This document shows positions 20,061 through 30,078 of a DNA stretch of 64,000 nucleotides, in pieces (positions within the stretch are counted from its first letter, which is position 1; each line of letters opens with the position of its first letter). The notes under the pieces were generated by a model. It made no database searches. It worked only from the letters and a program-made list of their open reading frames with translations, and had not been told where the DNA came from. The DNA comes from Escherichia phage myPSH2311: sequence record MG976803.1; one strand, given 5' to 3'. Both the position numbers and the translations under genes were made by a program.

Positions 20061-21113
20061 ATGTCTTTATTTGGAAAATCAGCTTCTAGCAAAACCACAG
20101 TGGCTCCTTCCTCTCAGGTTGATGCCCTGCTGAAGCAGATTGTTGCTAATGCTCAGAATATGCAGAACAACGATCAGGGTTTTATTTCCCAACAGCTGGC
20201 TGGGTTCAATGGCAACCAACAAGGTGCTCTGAATAACTTAGCAGCTTCCACAACTCAAAAACAATTGGCTAATATGTACACACCTCGTACACAGCAAGGA
20301 TTGGACCAACTAAATGCTCTTGCCCAACAGTATCAGAATATTGTTAATAGTGGTGGAGTGACGGCTGAAGGGGTTAATAACTTTAGTAAAGGTTTGAATA
20401 ACTCAGCTCTTGCACAAGCTACTAGCAAAGCAGCTTCTAATGTCTCTCTTGGTAATGGCTCTGACTCTGGCTCTCTCCGTAGGGCTGCGGCTCAAGGGGC
20501 TGCTTTGAATGGTGCTAACACTAACCTGTCTCGTACTATCAGTGGCAAGAATATGGGGATCAGTGCTCTTCAACAAGACCAAAACTTCCAGAGAGGCTTA
20601 CTTGGTGCTCAGTCAGGGTTAGCTGGACAGAATCTCAATCTTGGTGCTCAAGGTGTTCAGGCAACTCAACAGGCTATTCAGAATCAGCTCATGGCTGGTA
20701 ATTTACAACAGCAGCAAGCTCAGGCTCAAGCTGATATCAATTGGCAGAACGCTATTGGCTCTCAGCAGTATGGATGGAATCAGCTTAACAACCAGCTTAA
20801 TGTACTAAACAGTGTAAGTCCAATGGCTGGATACACAATTAAGAATGCTGCTCCGGGAGTTAATGTTGGACAGCAGCTCCTAGGTGCTGGTATCACTGGA
20901 TTAGGTATTGCAGGTCGTATGGGTGCTTTCTCTCCTAATCAACAGACTCAGAATGCTTGGAGTTCCTATAACAACTCAGGTGGGCAATCTGGAATGGCTG
21001 GTCCTATGATTGGGGGTTCTAATCTTTCTCAACAGAGAGGTCAGTCTAACTGGTTATCCACAGCAGGTAGTAATATCTTAGGTGGTGTCTTAGGGGCATT
21101 TGGAGCAAACTAA
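20061..21113 (+). CDS. Q/N/G-rich virion protein (paralog A)
   Basis: 350 aa, starts MSLFGKSASSKTT, low complexity; RBS AAGGAGG. Confidence 0.5.
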   Translation: MSLFGKSASSKTTVAPSSQVDALLKQIVANAQNMQNNDQGFISQQLAGFNGNQQGALNNLAASTTQKQLANMYTPRTQQGLDQLNALAQQYQNIVNSGGVTAEGVNNFSKGLNNSALAQATSKAASNVSLGNGSDSGSLRRAAAQGAALNGANTNLSRTISGKNMGISALQQDQNFQRGLLGAQSGLAGQNLNLGAQGVQATQQAIQNQLMAGNLQQQQAQAQADINWQNAIGSQQYGWNQLNNQLNVLNSVSPMAGYTIKNAAPGVNVGQQLLGAGITGLGIAGRMGAFSPNQQTQNAWSSYNNSGGQSGMAGPMIGGSNLSQQRGQSNWLSTAGSNILGGVLGAFGAN

Positions 21114-21125
21114 AGGAGAATATCT

Positions 21126-22094
21126 ATGTCACTTTTTGGTGGAGGCGGAAGTAAAACTACTTCCCAAATGATTCGTCCTGAATACATTCAACAGTATATT
21201 GACCAGCTTAATAAGCAGATTGGTAATACCAGTTCAGGGGATTATGTTTATCGAGATAATGTAGGGTTTAATAATAACCAGACAGAGGCACTTAACAACT
21301 TAGCACAATCTGGTGCTCTAGGAACTCTCTCACAGCAGTATATGGATGCAGCAGGTCAAGGGTTAGGGTATCTAGATAATGCCTATAAAGGCTATCAGAG
21401 CCTCTCTGGACAAGGTGGGATTACTGGAGAACAGATTGGTGCTCTCGCTGGTCAATTATATGATGATGACGCTGTGCAAGCAGCCATTACAGCTAATAAT
21501 GAACAAGTTCAACAGAATCTAGCACGTAATGCTCTTCCTCAGTTAGCTCAGCAGTATGCTGGTCAGCAAGGTTCAGGTGCTCGTATGGCTAAATCTTTTG
21601 CCCAAGGTGATGCTCTGAATCAGATGCAAGGGCAAGCAACAGATATTACCAACAGTGCCTATAACTCGGCTATTAGTCAAGCTGAAAGCATTCTCTCTGG
21701 TAATAGACAGAATCAGGCAGCTGCTCTCTCTGGTCTTTCTACTATTGGTTCTAACCTTTCTAACCTAGGTCAGCAGGGTGCTAATTTGTCTCAACAGCAA
21801 ATGATGAATCAATGGAATGCAGGATTGCAGCAACAACAGCAACAACAGAATGAATATGATAATGCCTACCAGAATGCTCAGAACGCAGCTAATTGGGGAT
21901 GGCAAGATATCAACAACCAACTCGGTGCAGCAGGTGTACTTAACGGTGCTCTCGGACAAACTACAACCACTAAAACCTCTGGTGGCAAAGGTGGTTTCCT
22001 TGGTGGAGCTATGAGTGGTTCAGCAGCAGGCTCTTCCTTTGGGCCTTGGGGTGCATTAGCTGGGGGTCTAATCGGTGGGTTGGCTAGTACTTAA
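21126..22094 (+). CDS. Q/N/G-rich virion protein (paralog B)
   Basis: 322 aa, starts MSLFGGGGSKTTS, same composition as paralog A; RBS AAGGAGA. Confidence 0.5.
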   Translation: MSLFGGGGSKTTSQMIRPEYIQQYIDQLNKQIGNTSSGDYVYRDNVGFNNNQTEALNNLAQSGALGTLSQQYMDAAGQGLGYLDNAYKGYQSLSGQGGITGEQIGALAGQLYDDDAVQAAITANNEQVQQNLARNALPQLAQQYAGQQGSGARMAKSFAQGDALNQMQGQATDITNSAYNSAISQAESILSGNRQNQAAALSGLSTIGSNLSNLGQQGANLSQQQMMNQWNAGLQQQQQQQNEYDNAYQNAQNAANWGWQDINNQLGAAGVLNGALGQTTTTKTSGGKGGFLGGAMSGSAAGSSFGPWGALAGGLIGGLAST

Positions 22095-22107
22095 TTAGGA
22101 GATAAAT

Positions 22108-23757
22108 ATGCAACAGACAACTTACGCTCAGGTCAGAAGTCGTGACCCGAGAAATACTTTCTATGGTGTTAATCCGGGAGCGGCTTCGGCCTCTCCTTAT
22201 ATGGCTAGACCCGTTCAGACAGCAGATATTTCTATGTATCAACGACCTGCTGTACCTGCTGGGTTATCTGCTCTTGTAGGTCAAACTTCAGTTGATTATC
22301 AGAATATGTTGAATCCTGTTCAGAGTAATGGTCTTCCTTCTGACATTCCGAATGATGTACAACCTCAATCACAACAGGCTGTAACTCTTCCTGAGTTTGA
22401 GAACCAAGAAACCATGCAAGCTGCTGGACTTTCTCCTTCTGCTATTCCTCAAGAATCAGAACCTCTTCCGGTAACACCTCCTACTAAACCGCTAGAAGCT
22501 GGTCCTATGGAGTTTACTCCTTCTCAGGTAGAACAGGCACAAGGTGTGATTAACACTCTTGCTCAAGGACAAGACACTGGTGATGGAATGGCTGCTGCTA
22601 CTCGTGCTAAAGATCAAGAGCGTGTTAACAACGATATCTTGCAAGTTGCGAAAGCTAAAGACCCTTCAGAAGCTTGGAACAAACTACAGAAAGAACCATT
22701 CTATCAGAACTCTAGTTTCTATACAGGTTTGATGGGTGTAGGTCTTTCCATTATGTCAGGTAAGTCTCCTATTGAAGCTTTCCAGATTGGTCAGGGAATG
22801 GCTAATCAGGATGAGACTAAGAAGCAACTGGAAGCTAACCGTGATGCCTTGATTGAACAAGGCTTCTCTCAAGACTCGATCGCAGCTGCTATTGCTAACG
22901 GAGACCCGTCTCTACTGAAGATGAGAGCTGTAGACCCTGCTCAGAAAGAAGCGCTGTATGCTGCTCGTGAAGAACGACAAAATGCTGAATGGGATAGACG
23001 TCAACAGATTCAAGAGCAAACTATGCGTGAGCGTGCTGATGAAACTCGTCGTGCCGCTGAAGAAAGAGCTAACATGAACTTTGAACGTCAGAAAGAGTTG
23101 ATTGGTTATCGTGATAAGGTTAAGGCTGAACGTGCTGAACAAGCTGCTCAGAGTTTTAACTTTAACCCGAAAGAAGTTCGTCTTGCTCAGAATACAGCTG
23201 AAGGTACGGTTGCTAAGCAGTGGGCAGAGAAAGGTGGCCTGTTTAACCAGTCTAACAAAGACTTGGATTTGGCTGATAAAGCTGTTAAGGATAAAGACTA
23301 TCAGACAGCTCGTTCTGCTTACATGCAGGCTATCATGAACTCTGCAAGGGCTGAAATCGGTGCTACTCGTTCTCTTACCGAAGAAGACTTAGGGCACTTT
23401 GCAGAAGACCCATCAATCTTCGTTCGTGTTGGCAACAAGTTTGCACTGAAATCTGGATGGCGTCCTACTGATTCTGCTCTTGCTTATGCTCGTAAGCAAG
23501 CTAACGTTGGTCACACCTCTGCAATGAAAGGTGTTGCTGATGCTAAGAGAGCTACGATTGAAGCTTACATCGGTTCTGGTATGGATAAGAAGAGAGCTAC
23601 TGCATTGGTTAACCGTGCAATCCCTTCTGGTGGTTTCTATGACCCTCTAGGTGTTTTCTCTGAACAAGCAGAAGAAGCAGTTGGTGGTGCAGTAACCAAT
23701 CCTAAGCTTAATGGTGCTTTATCAGCTGTCGAAGACACTAGCTGGTTCACTCAATAA
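22108..23757 (+). CDS. internal virion protein
   Basis: 549 aa, RBS GGAGA; position within internal protein block. Confidence 0.45.
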   Translation: MQQTTYAQVRSRDPRNTFYGVNPGAASASPYMARPVQTADISMYQRPAVPAGLSALVGQTSVDYQNMLNPVQSNGLPSDIPNDVQPQSQQAVTLPEFENQETMQAAGLSPSAIPQESEPLPVTPPTKPLEAGPMEFTPSQVEQAQGVINTLAQGQDTGDGMAAATRAKDQERVNNDILQVAKAKDPSEAWNKLQKEPFYQNSSFYTGLMGVGLSIMSGKSPIEAFQIGQGMANQDETKKQLEANRDALIEQGFSQDSIAAAIANGDPSLLKMRAVDPAQKEALYAAREERQNAEWDRRQQIQEQTMRERADETRRAAEERANMNFERQKELIGYRDKVKAERAEQAAQSFNFNPKEVRLAQNTAEGTVAKQWAEKGGLFNQSNKDLDLADKAVKDKDYQTARSAYMQAIMNSARAEIGATRSLTEEDLGHFAEDPSIFVRVGNKFALKSGWRPTDSALAYARKQANVGHTSAMKGVADAKRATIEAYIGSGMDKKRATALVNRAIPSGGFYDPLGVFSEQAEEAVGGAVTNPKLNGALSAVEDTSWFTQ

Positions 23758-23824
23758 GACCTAAGTCCTGCCTTCTATAATGTATATAGGGGGTAGGACA
23801 TTTTTATTTATAAAAGGAGACGTT

Positions 23825-24172
23825 ATGGCTAACATTAAACCGTGGGAAGAAGCTTCCAAAGCTCCTGCGTATCTGAATGCCTCTCCGGAGCAACAAGCTC
23901 AAATGAGAGAACAATATAAGGCAGCAGGTGGCTCTATTCCTGAGGAACAACCAGTAGCACAACCACAACAAGAAGAACGTGGTGCTATAGGTGAGTTTGC
24001 TCAAGGTGTGTCAAATGCTCTTCAATCTGGTGGTGCAAATATTGCAGCTAGTGCTGCTAAAGGTATTGGTGGTTTAGTTGAGATTGGTGAGAATCTAGCT
24101 GGAGCACAAACTAGTTATGGTAAGCGTATCCAAGAGAACTCTCAGAAAGTCAGTGTCATGAGTTGCTGGTGA
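23825..24172 (+). CDS. internal virion protein, N-terminal ORF
   Basis: ATG at 23825 preceded by AAAGGAGA; G/A-rich; ends 8 nt before the next ORF in the +1 frame. Confidence 0.5.
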   Translation: MANIKPWEEASKAPAYLNASPEQQAQMREQYKAAGGSIPEEQPVAQPQQEERGAIGEFAQGVSNALQSGGANIAASAAKGIGGLVEIGENLAGAQTSYGKRIQENSQKVSVMSCW

Positions 24173-24179
24173 TATCGGT

Positions 24180-26972
24180 TTGACAGTTGCTAACCCATTG
24201 GCTGCTGCTGCTATCATCGCAGGTCGTGAGACAGGTCGTGCATATGCAGACCAAACCCCTGAAGAGGGAGAAGATAAGTCTATTCTAGATGCAGCCTTAG
24301 TTGGTGGTGCTAACTATGCGGCTCAGAGAATCCTTCCGGGTGCTGTCGGTACAGCTGAGTCCACACTTGGACGTATTGGTCAGAACGTTGCTAGTAACGC
24401 AGTGGCTGGTGCTAAAGGTGGCGCTCTTGTGGGTGCTGCTGAAGCTCAGAACAAGCATGGAGATGATACAACCTTTGCTAATGTATTAGAGGGTGCTATC
24501 GAAGAAGGTGCTATGGGTGCTGCATTCGGTGGTGCAGTTGGTGGAGTTCATGGTTTGATTAGCCGTCCAGATTCTGCTGTCTTCAAGAATACTCCAGAGT
24601 ATGCGAAGACTGATATTGCTGCTGATGATGAACTAATTCGTAGTGCTAAGAATATTGATGAACTGAAAGAAGCTTACTCTAAAGCTGAAACTGCTAACGC
24701 TGCTTCTGCTCTGAATCTTCTGGATGAGAATGGATTCCGTATTACAGATGCTGTTGCTGTGGATTCTCCTGCTGCTCAGCGTATTCTTAATACTGACCAA
24801 GCTCGTGCTGAGAAAGCTGCTTCTGTTCAGAAAGAACATTCCAACATTCCGGGCCTTAATCCTTTAGCTTCTCCTGCTAAGACTCGTGGTAAAGCATTTG
24901 CTGATAATGAGCACAACCAGAAGCAGGCTGTTGCTATGAAGGATGCAATGGCTGACTACACCAAAGACAACACGAAAGCTCTTACAGATGTTCTAGATAA
25001 CCTAGACCGTGAATTAACTTCTCTCCGAGCTTCTGGTGATTTTACTGGTAGTCCGATTGATATTAAGAATCGTACACAAGCTGACCGTGATTTCATTGAT
25101 GCTTACAAGACTTTCTACAATGAAGCAAATCGATTCAAAGCTCGTGAAGGTGAAGATTTTAATAACTTTGTAGAGAAAGCTACTGAACTACAGAAGATGG
25201 CTGATAATGTTTCTCCAGAGATGAAGAAAGCTATCGGTGGGTTGAAGAAACTGAAAGGTATGCCTGAAGGTTTTAATCCTATTCAAGATGCTTATACTCT
25301 GAACAATACAGCTAAATTCATGAGCAACCAAGATCGTGGTTGGACTTCCTTGACTGATGATGGATTCCGTGAAGCTTCTTCACCTAGTCTGGTAATGAAC
25401 ACTCTTGGTGCTGCTAAGTATGCTCTGAATCGCTTCTCTTCTCAGCGTGCTCGTTCTCAACGTGTTAAGCAACAAGAATCTAACAGTGAAGCTATCCGCT
25501 CTCTTGCTCGTGGTGATTTGGAAGTTGCTCGTGCTAAATCTACTGCTGATGAAGCTCGTGCTAAGATGGAAGAAGAACCAGTTGTTGATGACATTAAATT
25601 TAAGACGCAAAATGACGTAGAAACCGAACCGGTTCGGGAGCCTTCTTCTAGTACTGTGACGGAAGAAAATCTTCCTTCTTCTACTCCTCAAGAGACTCCT
25701 CTTACAGCTCGTGATTTAGTTGCGCAAAGACGCGCTATCCGTCAGGCTGAACAGCGTCGCGCTGAAGAAGAGGCATTGGCTGCTCAAGAAGCTCCGGTCG
25801 AACAGGCTCCACAGGCTGAACCTCTCCCTGCTCGTAACCCTCTAGAGGAGCGTCGTGCAATGGAACAGCAACGTGCTCAAGAAGAGGCCGCACAGGCTCC
25901 AGAACCTACCGTAGAGGAACCAACAGTCAAAGCTGAGCCATTACCTGCCCGTGCTCCTAAAGCTCCTAAGGAAGCTGTACAGGACGTTAAACCGGCAAGT
26001 GGTGTAGAACGTTTAGCTGCTATGTCTAGTGCTGCTCGTCAGGCTACTAAAGATCGTGCAGAACGCTTTGCTCGTTCTCTGTACTCTAAGGCTGCTAAAG
26101 CTAAAGCTACTGCTGAAAACTTCTTGGCTTATAAAGGTGATCCTAAGGAACTGATGCGTCGTATTCGTCAGGAAGATAATGCTATCAACACTGAACGTCA
26201 TGAAGAAATGGCTCGTAACCAGAGTTGCATGTCCGAAGCGGTTATCGAGGAACGTGGTCTGCCAGAAGACATTGCTACTAAGGCATTACGTGCTGAAGAG
26301 AAAGGTTTAGGTGGGAACGTAACTAACTTGGATAGTCTGAAACGTCGTGCTGAAAGGTTGTATCAGAAGCAGCGTGAAGATGAGTTTGATAGACTGTACC
26401 AACAAGCTCTAGAAGAGAATAAAGCTTTCGATAACAAGAATGCTCCTAAGCTGGTTGACCAGAAGAAAGAGCTTCAGTCTGAGATTGATACTTTGATTGA
26501 TGCAGAACCTTTACGTCCTGCTCAGAAAGACGCTATGCGTAAATTGATGAATGACTTTGTAGATGGAAAGTTTAAATCTTCAGAGAAGGCTGGTAGGGAA
26601 GAGGCTTTGGAAGTTGGTCAGATGAAGGATATTTGGGATGGGTTTATTAACACCTATAACAGAGAAGTGAATGCCTTCAACAAAGCTAACAAGAACTCTC
26701 AGTACGAAGCTGCTGCTAAGCATTTACAGGCTCGTGAAGAACGTCTTGCTACACTCAGGAAAAAGGCTCAGGCTCGTTCGGATGCTAAAGCTGCTGTTGA
26801 GAATGAACGTAAAACTCTAGAGGCTATTGCAGCTCAGAAGAGTGAGATTGAGAAGATGATGGAAGGTTTACCTAAACCTGTTCGTGAGGCTCAGGAATCT
26901 CGTACACTGAAACAGTTGGCTGCTCACCACGATAAGAACTCTCCAGTTCCTCCAGAGAAGTTCCGTAGTTAA
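24180..26972 (+). CDS. large internal virion protein
   Basis: 930 aa; TTG start without SD; G/A-rich N-terminus, long charged coiled-coil segments, internal EPLPAR repeats. Confidence 0.55.
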   Translation: MTVANPLAAAAIIAGRETGRAYADQTPEEGEDKSILDAALVGGANYAAQRILPGAVGTAESTLGRIGQNVASNAVAGAKGGALVGAAEAQNKHGDDTTFANVLEGAIEEGAMGAAFGGAVGGVHGLISRPDSAVFKNTPEYAKTDIAADDELIRSAKNIDELKEAYSKAETANAASALNLLDENGFRITDAVAVDSPAAQRILNTDQARAEKAASVQKEHSNIPGLNPLASPAKTRGKAFADNEHNQKQAVAMKDAMADYTKDNTKALTDVLDNLDRELTSLRASGDFTGSPIDIKNRTQADRDFIDAYKTFYNEANRFKAREGEDFNNFVEKATELQKMADNVSPEMKKAIGGLKKLKGMPEGFNPIQDAYTLNNTAKFMSNQDRGWTSLTDDGFREASSPSLVMNTLGAAKYALNRFSSQRARSQRVKQQESNSEAIRSLARGDLEVARAKSTADEARAKMEEEPVVDDIKFKTQNDVETEPVREPSSSTVTEENLPSSTPQETPLTARDLVAQRRAIRQAEQRRAEEEALAAQEAPVEQAPQAEPLPARNPLEERRAMEQQRAQEEAAQAPEPTVEEPTVKAEPLPARAPKAPKEAVQDVKPASGVERLAAMSSAARQATKDRAERFARSLYSKAAKAKATAENFLAYKGDPKELMRRIRQEDNAINTERHEEMARNQSCMSEAVIEERGLPEDIATKALRAEEKGLGGNVTNLDSLKRRAERLYQKQREDEFDRLYQQALEENKAFDNKNAPKLVDQKKELQSEIDTLIDAEPLRPAQKDAMRKLMNDFVDGKFKSSEKAGREEALEVGQMKDIWDGFINTYNREVNAFNKANKNSQYEAAAKHLQAREERLATLRKKAQARSDAKAAVENERKTLEAIAAQKSEIEKMMEGLPKPVREAQESRTLKQLAAHHDKNSPVPPEKFRS

Positions 26973-27139
26973 TTGCAAGCCTTTTAAGGCGCGCTGAAGC
27001 GGCTTTAAATGGCGCTAAATCGTGCAAAATGCCCATTGGGAGCCTGAATGGCGCGTGTTTTGCATAAGCCGGCGTTTGCCCAGTTCGTAAGGCTGGTATT
27101 TTGCTGTAAAGCGTGATTCATCGCCGCCTGATGCGTACT

Positions 27140-27982
27140 ATGGAAGATAAGGGCATATCTAGAGAGGATGCTGAAGCATTTGCTGGTTCCTATATGGATA
27201 ACCGTTATGCACTTCTTGAGAAGCCTATGACTCCTACTGAACATCAGAATGCTCGTTCTCGTATCGAAGCTGATGTTGAGAAGTTTGCTAAGAAGTACGA
27301 ATCAATGACTCCTATCGAGAAAGAGATTGTTAAGGTTACTGGAGATACTGAAGGTAAGCTTGATAACTTGGATGCGGATACTAGGAAGGCTATTGAGGAG
27401 GCTCAGAAGGTTGACTCTGATATTAAGAAACTGCAAGAGGAAGAGTTGGAGATGGAGAAGATTCGTTCTGCTCTGCCTGATGATGAAAGATCTCAAGCAA
27501 ATTCTGATATCTTGGAAAGCATTAAACAACAGGAAGAGGTCTTTGCTGATAAAGTAGAGAAAGCTTTCTTGAGTGGGAAGAGCTTGGATGAGTTGGCTAG
27601 TGTGGCTGAAGTTTTAGACAGGGTTCATGGTGCAGATAAGGCTGGTAACAACCGTCGCTTTGTACGTGCATTGCAGACTGCTGCTGAAAACAAGAAGAAG
27701 TATGGTGATAATCCAGTAGCTTGGTTTAGTGCTGATGATTACTCTGCCATTGCTAAACTTGGTGCTTCTTCCGCAGGTGGTAACAAATCCAGAGCACTGG
27801 AGAAGATCTTTGGTTCTACAGCTGAACAGGCTAAGAGTAAGTTGCTTGGTAGGGATGATGTAGCGAAGATGAGACGTGTGATTGAAGAGAACCCTGATAT
27901 CAAGATTCCTTCTTACAAGACAGGTCAGGTTTCCAGTCCCAGTCAATGGGCATGCATGGTCCAAAATCGGCCCCTAGGGTAA
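27140..27982 (+). CDS. internal virion protein, truncated by insert
   Basis: track ORF 27113-27982; native-looking reading frame runs to 27922, last 20 codons derive from the filler. Confidence 0.45.
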   Translation: MEDKGISREDAEAFAGSYMDNRYALLEKPMTPTEHQNARSRIEADVEKFAKKYESMTPIEKEIVKVTGDTEGKLDNLDADTRKAIEEAQKVDSDIKKLQEEELEMEKIRSALPDDERSQANSDILESIKQQEEVFADKVEKAFLSGKSLDELASVAEVLDRVHGADKAGNNRRFVRALQTAAENKKKYGDNPVAWFSADDYSAIAKLGASSAGGNKSRALEKIFGSTAEQAKSKLLGRDDVAKMRRVIEENPDIKIPSYKTGQVSSPSQWACMVQNRPLG

Positions 27983-28022
27983 CGTCGGAATCCGGTACGC
28001 TTATGCCCCTAAGTGCATTTTT
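27923..28022. other. 100-bp GC-rich filler between perfect 81-bp direct repeats
   Basis: 27842-27922 is identical to 28023-28103; the intervening 100 bp is unrelated to flanks. Confidence 0.8.
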
Positions 28023-28247
28023 TTGCTTGGTAGGGATGATGTAGCGAAGATGAGACGTGTGATTGAAGAGAACCCTGATATCAAGATTCCTTCTTACAAG
28101 ACAACAAATCGTACTGAGTACTTGCAGTTCTTGGAGAAGTTTAATGACGAAGGGAAGCCTAAGATTAAACGTGGCTCATTGTCAGAGAAGCTTGAACGCA
28201 GTAAGCGTCAATCGAGACTCCGTGTAAGAGTTCGACCTAAGGAGTGA
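28023..28247 (+). CDS. internal virion protein, C-terminal remainder
   Basis: 74 aa; its first 27 codons repeat the duplicated segment of the upstream ORF. Confidence 0.45.
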   Translation: MLGRDDVAKMRRVIEENPDIKIPSYKTTNRTEYLQFLEKFNDEGKPKIKRGSLSEKLERSKRQSRLRVRVRPKE

Positions 28248-28524
28248 TAAAAGAAAAGCCCAGGGCTCGTTCAAGTCAAATGATGGGCTAGTCAATTAAG
28301 CCCCTTGGGCATAGCTGGCAATGCTAGTCACAACTTCTTCATTCATATACCCTCCTAGATTGTGTTTATAAAATTAGTAAGTTTCTCTTCACTTTCATCA
28401 AAAGCTTTTCCAGCTGCTTCCATCTCCCAAGTATCGGCATTGTCAATAAAGCTCTGAGCTTCTAATAGGTCGTGGATTAAGTCGAAGAGTTTATTTTTAT
28501 CTGCTTGTGTGATCATGTCAGTTC

Positions 28525-28791
28525 CTAGATTAAATCGTAATACTGAATAATGTCAGAGAGTTTGAACTCTCGAATCTCATCTTTCTCTACATCTATCGCT
28601 GTCATAATCCAACAAGGTTTGCCACCGTTATGAAAACGGGAGCTAGCAACGGAGGTTCGGAGTGGAATAACGGACCGGTCAGCAACCTCGCCTCTCCAAT
28701 TGCGATAGCGAAAGCGAAGCACTTGTTGCGTAGATTTTTGATCATCACTCATTTCCTTTTTTGAATTGTTTTCTTGCATCATTATTGGCAA
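28525..28791 (-). CDS. hypothetical protein
   Basis: 88 aa ORF, last gene of minus-strand module. Confidence 0.4.
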   Translation of the reverse strand: MPIMMQENNSKKEMSDDQKSTQQVLRFRYRNWRGEVADRSVIPLRTSVASSRFHNGGKPCWIMTAIDVEKDEIREFKLSDIIQYYDLI

Positions 28792-29078
28792 TGCTTAACG
28801 TAACTAGCTTGGGCTTCATGGTCAAGAGGAACTATAGGCTCTATGTGGTCAATAGCCATATCCTTTACAGGGTGGTCAGAACCACACATGGCACACTTAA
28901 AGTGCATTGCCAGTCTACCTGTCTTTGGATTAATCTTCTGCTCTGTCTTGGCGTCTGCTAGTGCATCGAACATGGGCTTCCACTTTCTAGTCAGAGAACG
29001 AATCCCTGACTTGATAAAAGAATTGTAACGAGCTTCAGTCCACATTCCAGAGCATCTAGTCTTCTCAGCCTTCGCCAT
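28782..29078 (-). CDS. HNH nuclease-domain protein
   Basis: 98 aa; HFKCAMCGSDHPVKDMAIDHIEPI matches HNH C..C/His motif. Confidence 0.5.
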   Translation of the reverse strand: MAKAEKTRCSGMWTEARYNSFIKSGIRSLTRKWKPMFDALADAKTEQKINPKTGRLAMHFKCAMCGSDHPVKDMAIDHIEPIVPLDHEAQASYVKHCQ

Positions 29079-29256
29079 AACCTACACTCATATCATCTTC
29101 TTCCCATACACGTTTATCTACTCGGTGTGATACTTTTTCACGTTTTTCTTTAATATAGCGGTTGCCTAATTCGTGGCTATATTTAATACGCTGCTCTTTA
29201 CGAGATTCACGGTTGGAGGAGTTTTCATCATATGAACGATAATCAAATTTACCCAT
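29065..29256 (-). CDS. hypothetical basic protein
   Basis: 63 aa K/R/E-rich ORF. Confidence 0.3.
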   Translation of the reverse strand: MGKFDYRSYDENSSNRESRKEQRIKYSHELGNRYIKEKREKVSHRVDKRVWEEDDMSVGYGEG

Positions 29257-29451
29257 TATAATATCCTTATTACCAAGATTTATCTAACCATGTCCAGTCG
29301 AACAGGTCTTCCGGAGTCTGACCAACAAAGAGCAGCCGAGCATTCTCAAGCATCTTCTCTTCATCTTCAGTATCGAACTTCTTATAATATTCCATTCGTA
29401 CTATATGATACATGGTCCAAGCCTGCATTGAACCGTAAAGCCCTTAGGCTG

Positions 29452-30078
29452 TTAGTTACCACCCCACATAACCTCTTTACGTTCCCCACATCCGGGGATG
29501 TTATCCGTACCATCTCCAATCAACATTTGATAGAAGAAGTTTTGCCATGAAACTAAATCAGATACGTAATGAGGAGGGACTTCTTTCTGTCTTTCTCCAC
29601 AAGCCCAGCGATAATGCCATCCGGGAGTTATCAACAAATCCTTGTCTCTAGTACAGATGATAGTATTCTTATCCCTACGTTGCCTTTCAGCTAGTGCATC
29701 ATCAGCCTCTCTCCCAAAGACCTCAATGTATTCGTACTTGGCTTTAATGTAATCACCAACGTTTTGCCAGTGAAAAGGTCTTTCTCCGGGAGGTCTGTTT
29801 GCCTTGTAGTCTTGTTGCTTAGCAACATCGAAACGGAAGTTACCGCCTTCGCTGAAGTAGAATACAACCTTACTACAACCCGAGCGAGCTATAATTGTAT
29901 CAATCTTGTACTGAAGTCGTTCAATCATGAAATTGTAATCAACTGGAACACGTCCTGTGTCAAGGAAGGGATGCTCCTGAGTAAGAGCACCCACTTCATA
30001 CCGAAGAACGTCAGCGTCCACTATAGCAACTTCAGGGAGCTTAACTTCTTCCATAAATATCATCCTGAGCTTGAGCAA
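29452..30078 (-). CDS. 5-3 exonuclease / flap endonuclease (PIN-like), possibly C-terminally truncated
   Basis: FDVAKQQDYKANR, GREADD, DKDLLI, LIGDGTDNIPG motifs; the helix-hairpin-helix part appears missing. Confidence 0.65.
   Translation of the reverse strand: MLKLRMIFMEEVKLPEVAIVDADVLRYEVGALTQEHPFLDTGRVPVDYNFMIERLQYKIDTIIARSGCSKVVFYFSEGGNFRFDVAKQQDYKANRPPGERPFHWQNVGDYIKAKYEYIEVFGREADDALAERQRRDKNTIICTRDKDLLITPGWHYRWACGERQKEVPPHYVSDLVSWQNFFYQMLIGDGTDNIPGCGERKEVMWGGN

Noticed and set aside
27923-28022. Group I or group II intron as explanation for the fillers
   Set aside because: About 100 bp is too short for self-splicing introns, and flanking exon duplication is not an intron feature.
27842-28103. 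Diversity-generating retroelement template/variable repeat pair
   Set aside because: The two 81-bp copies are identical with no adenine-specific substitutions, and no reverse transcriptase gene is nearby.
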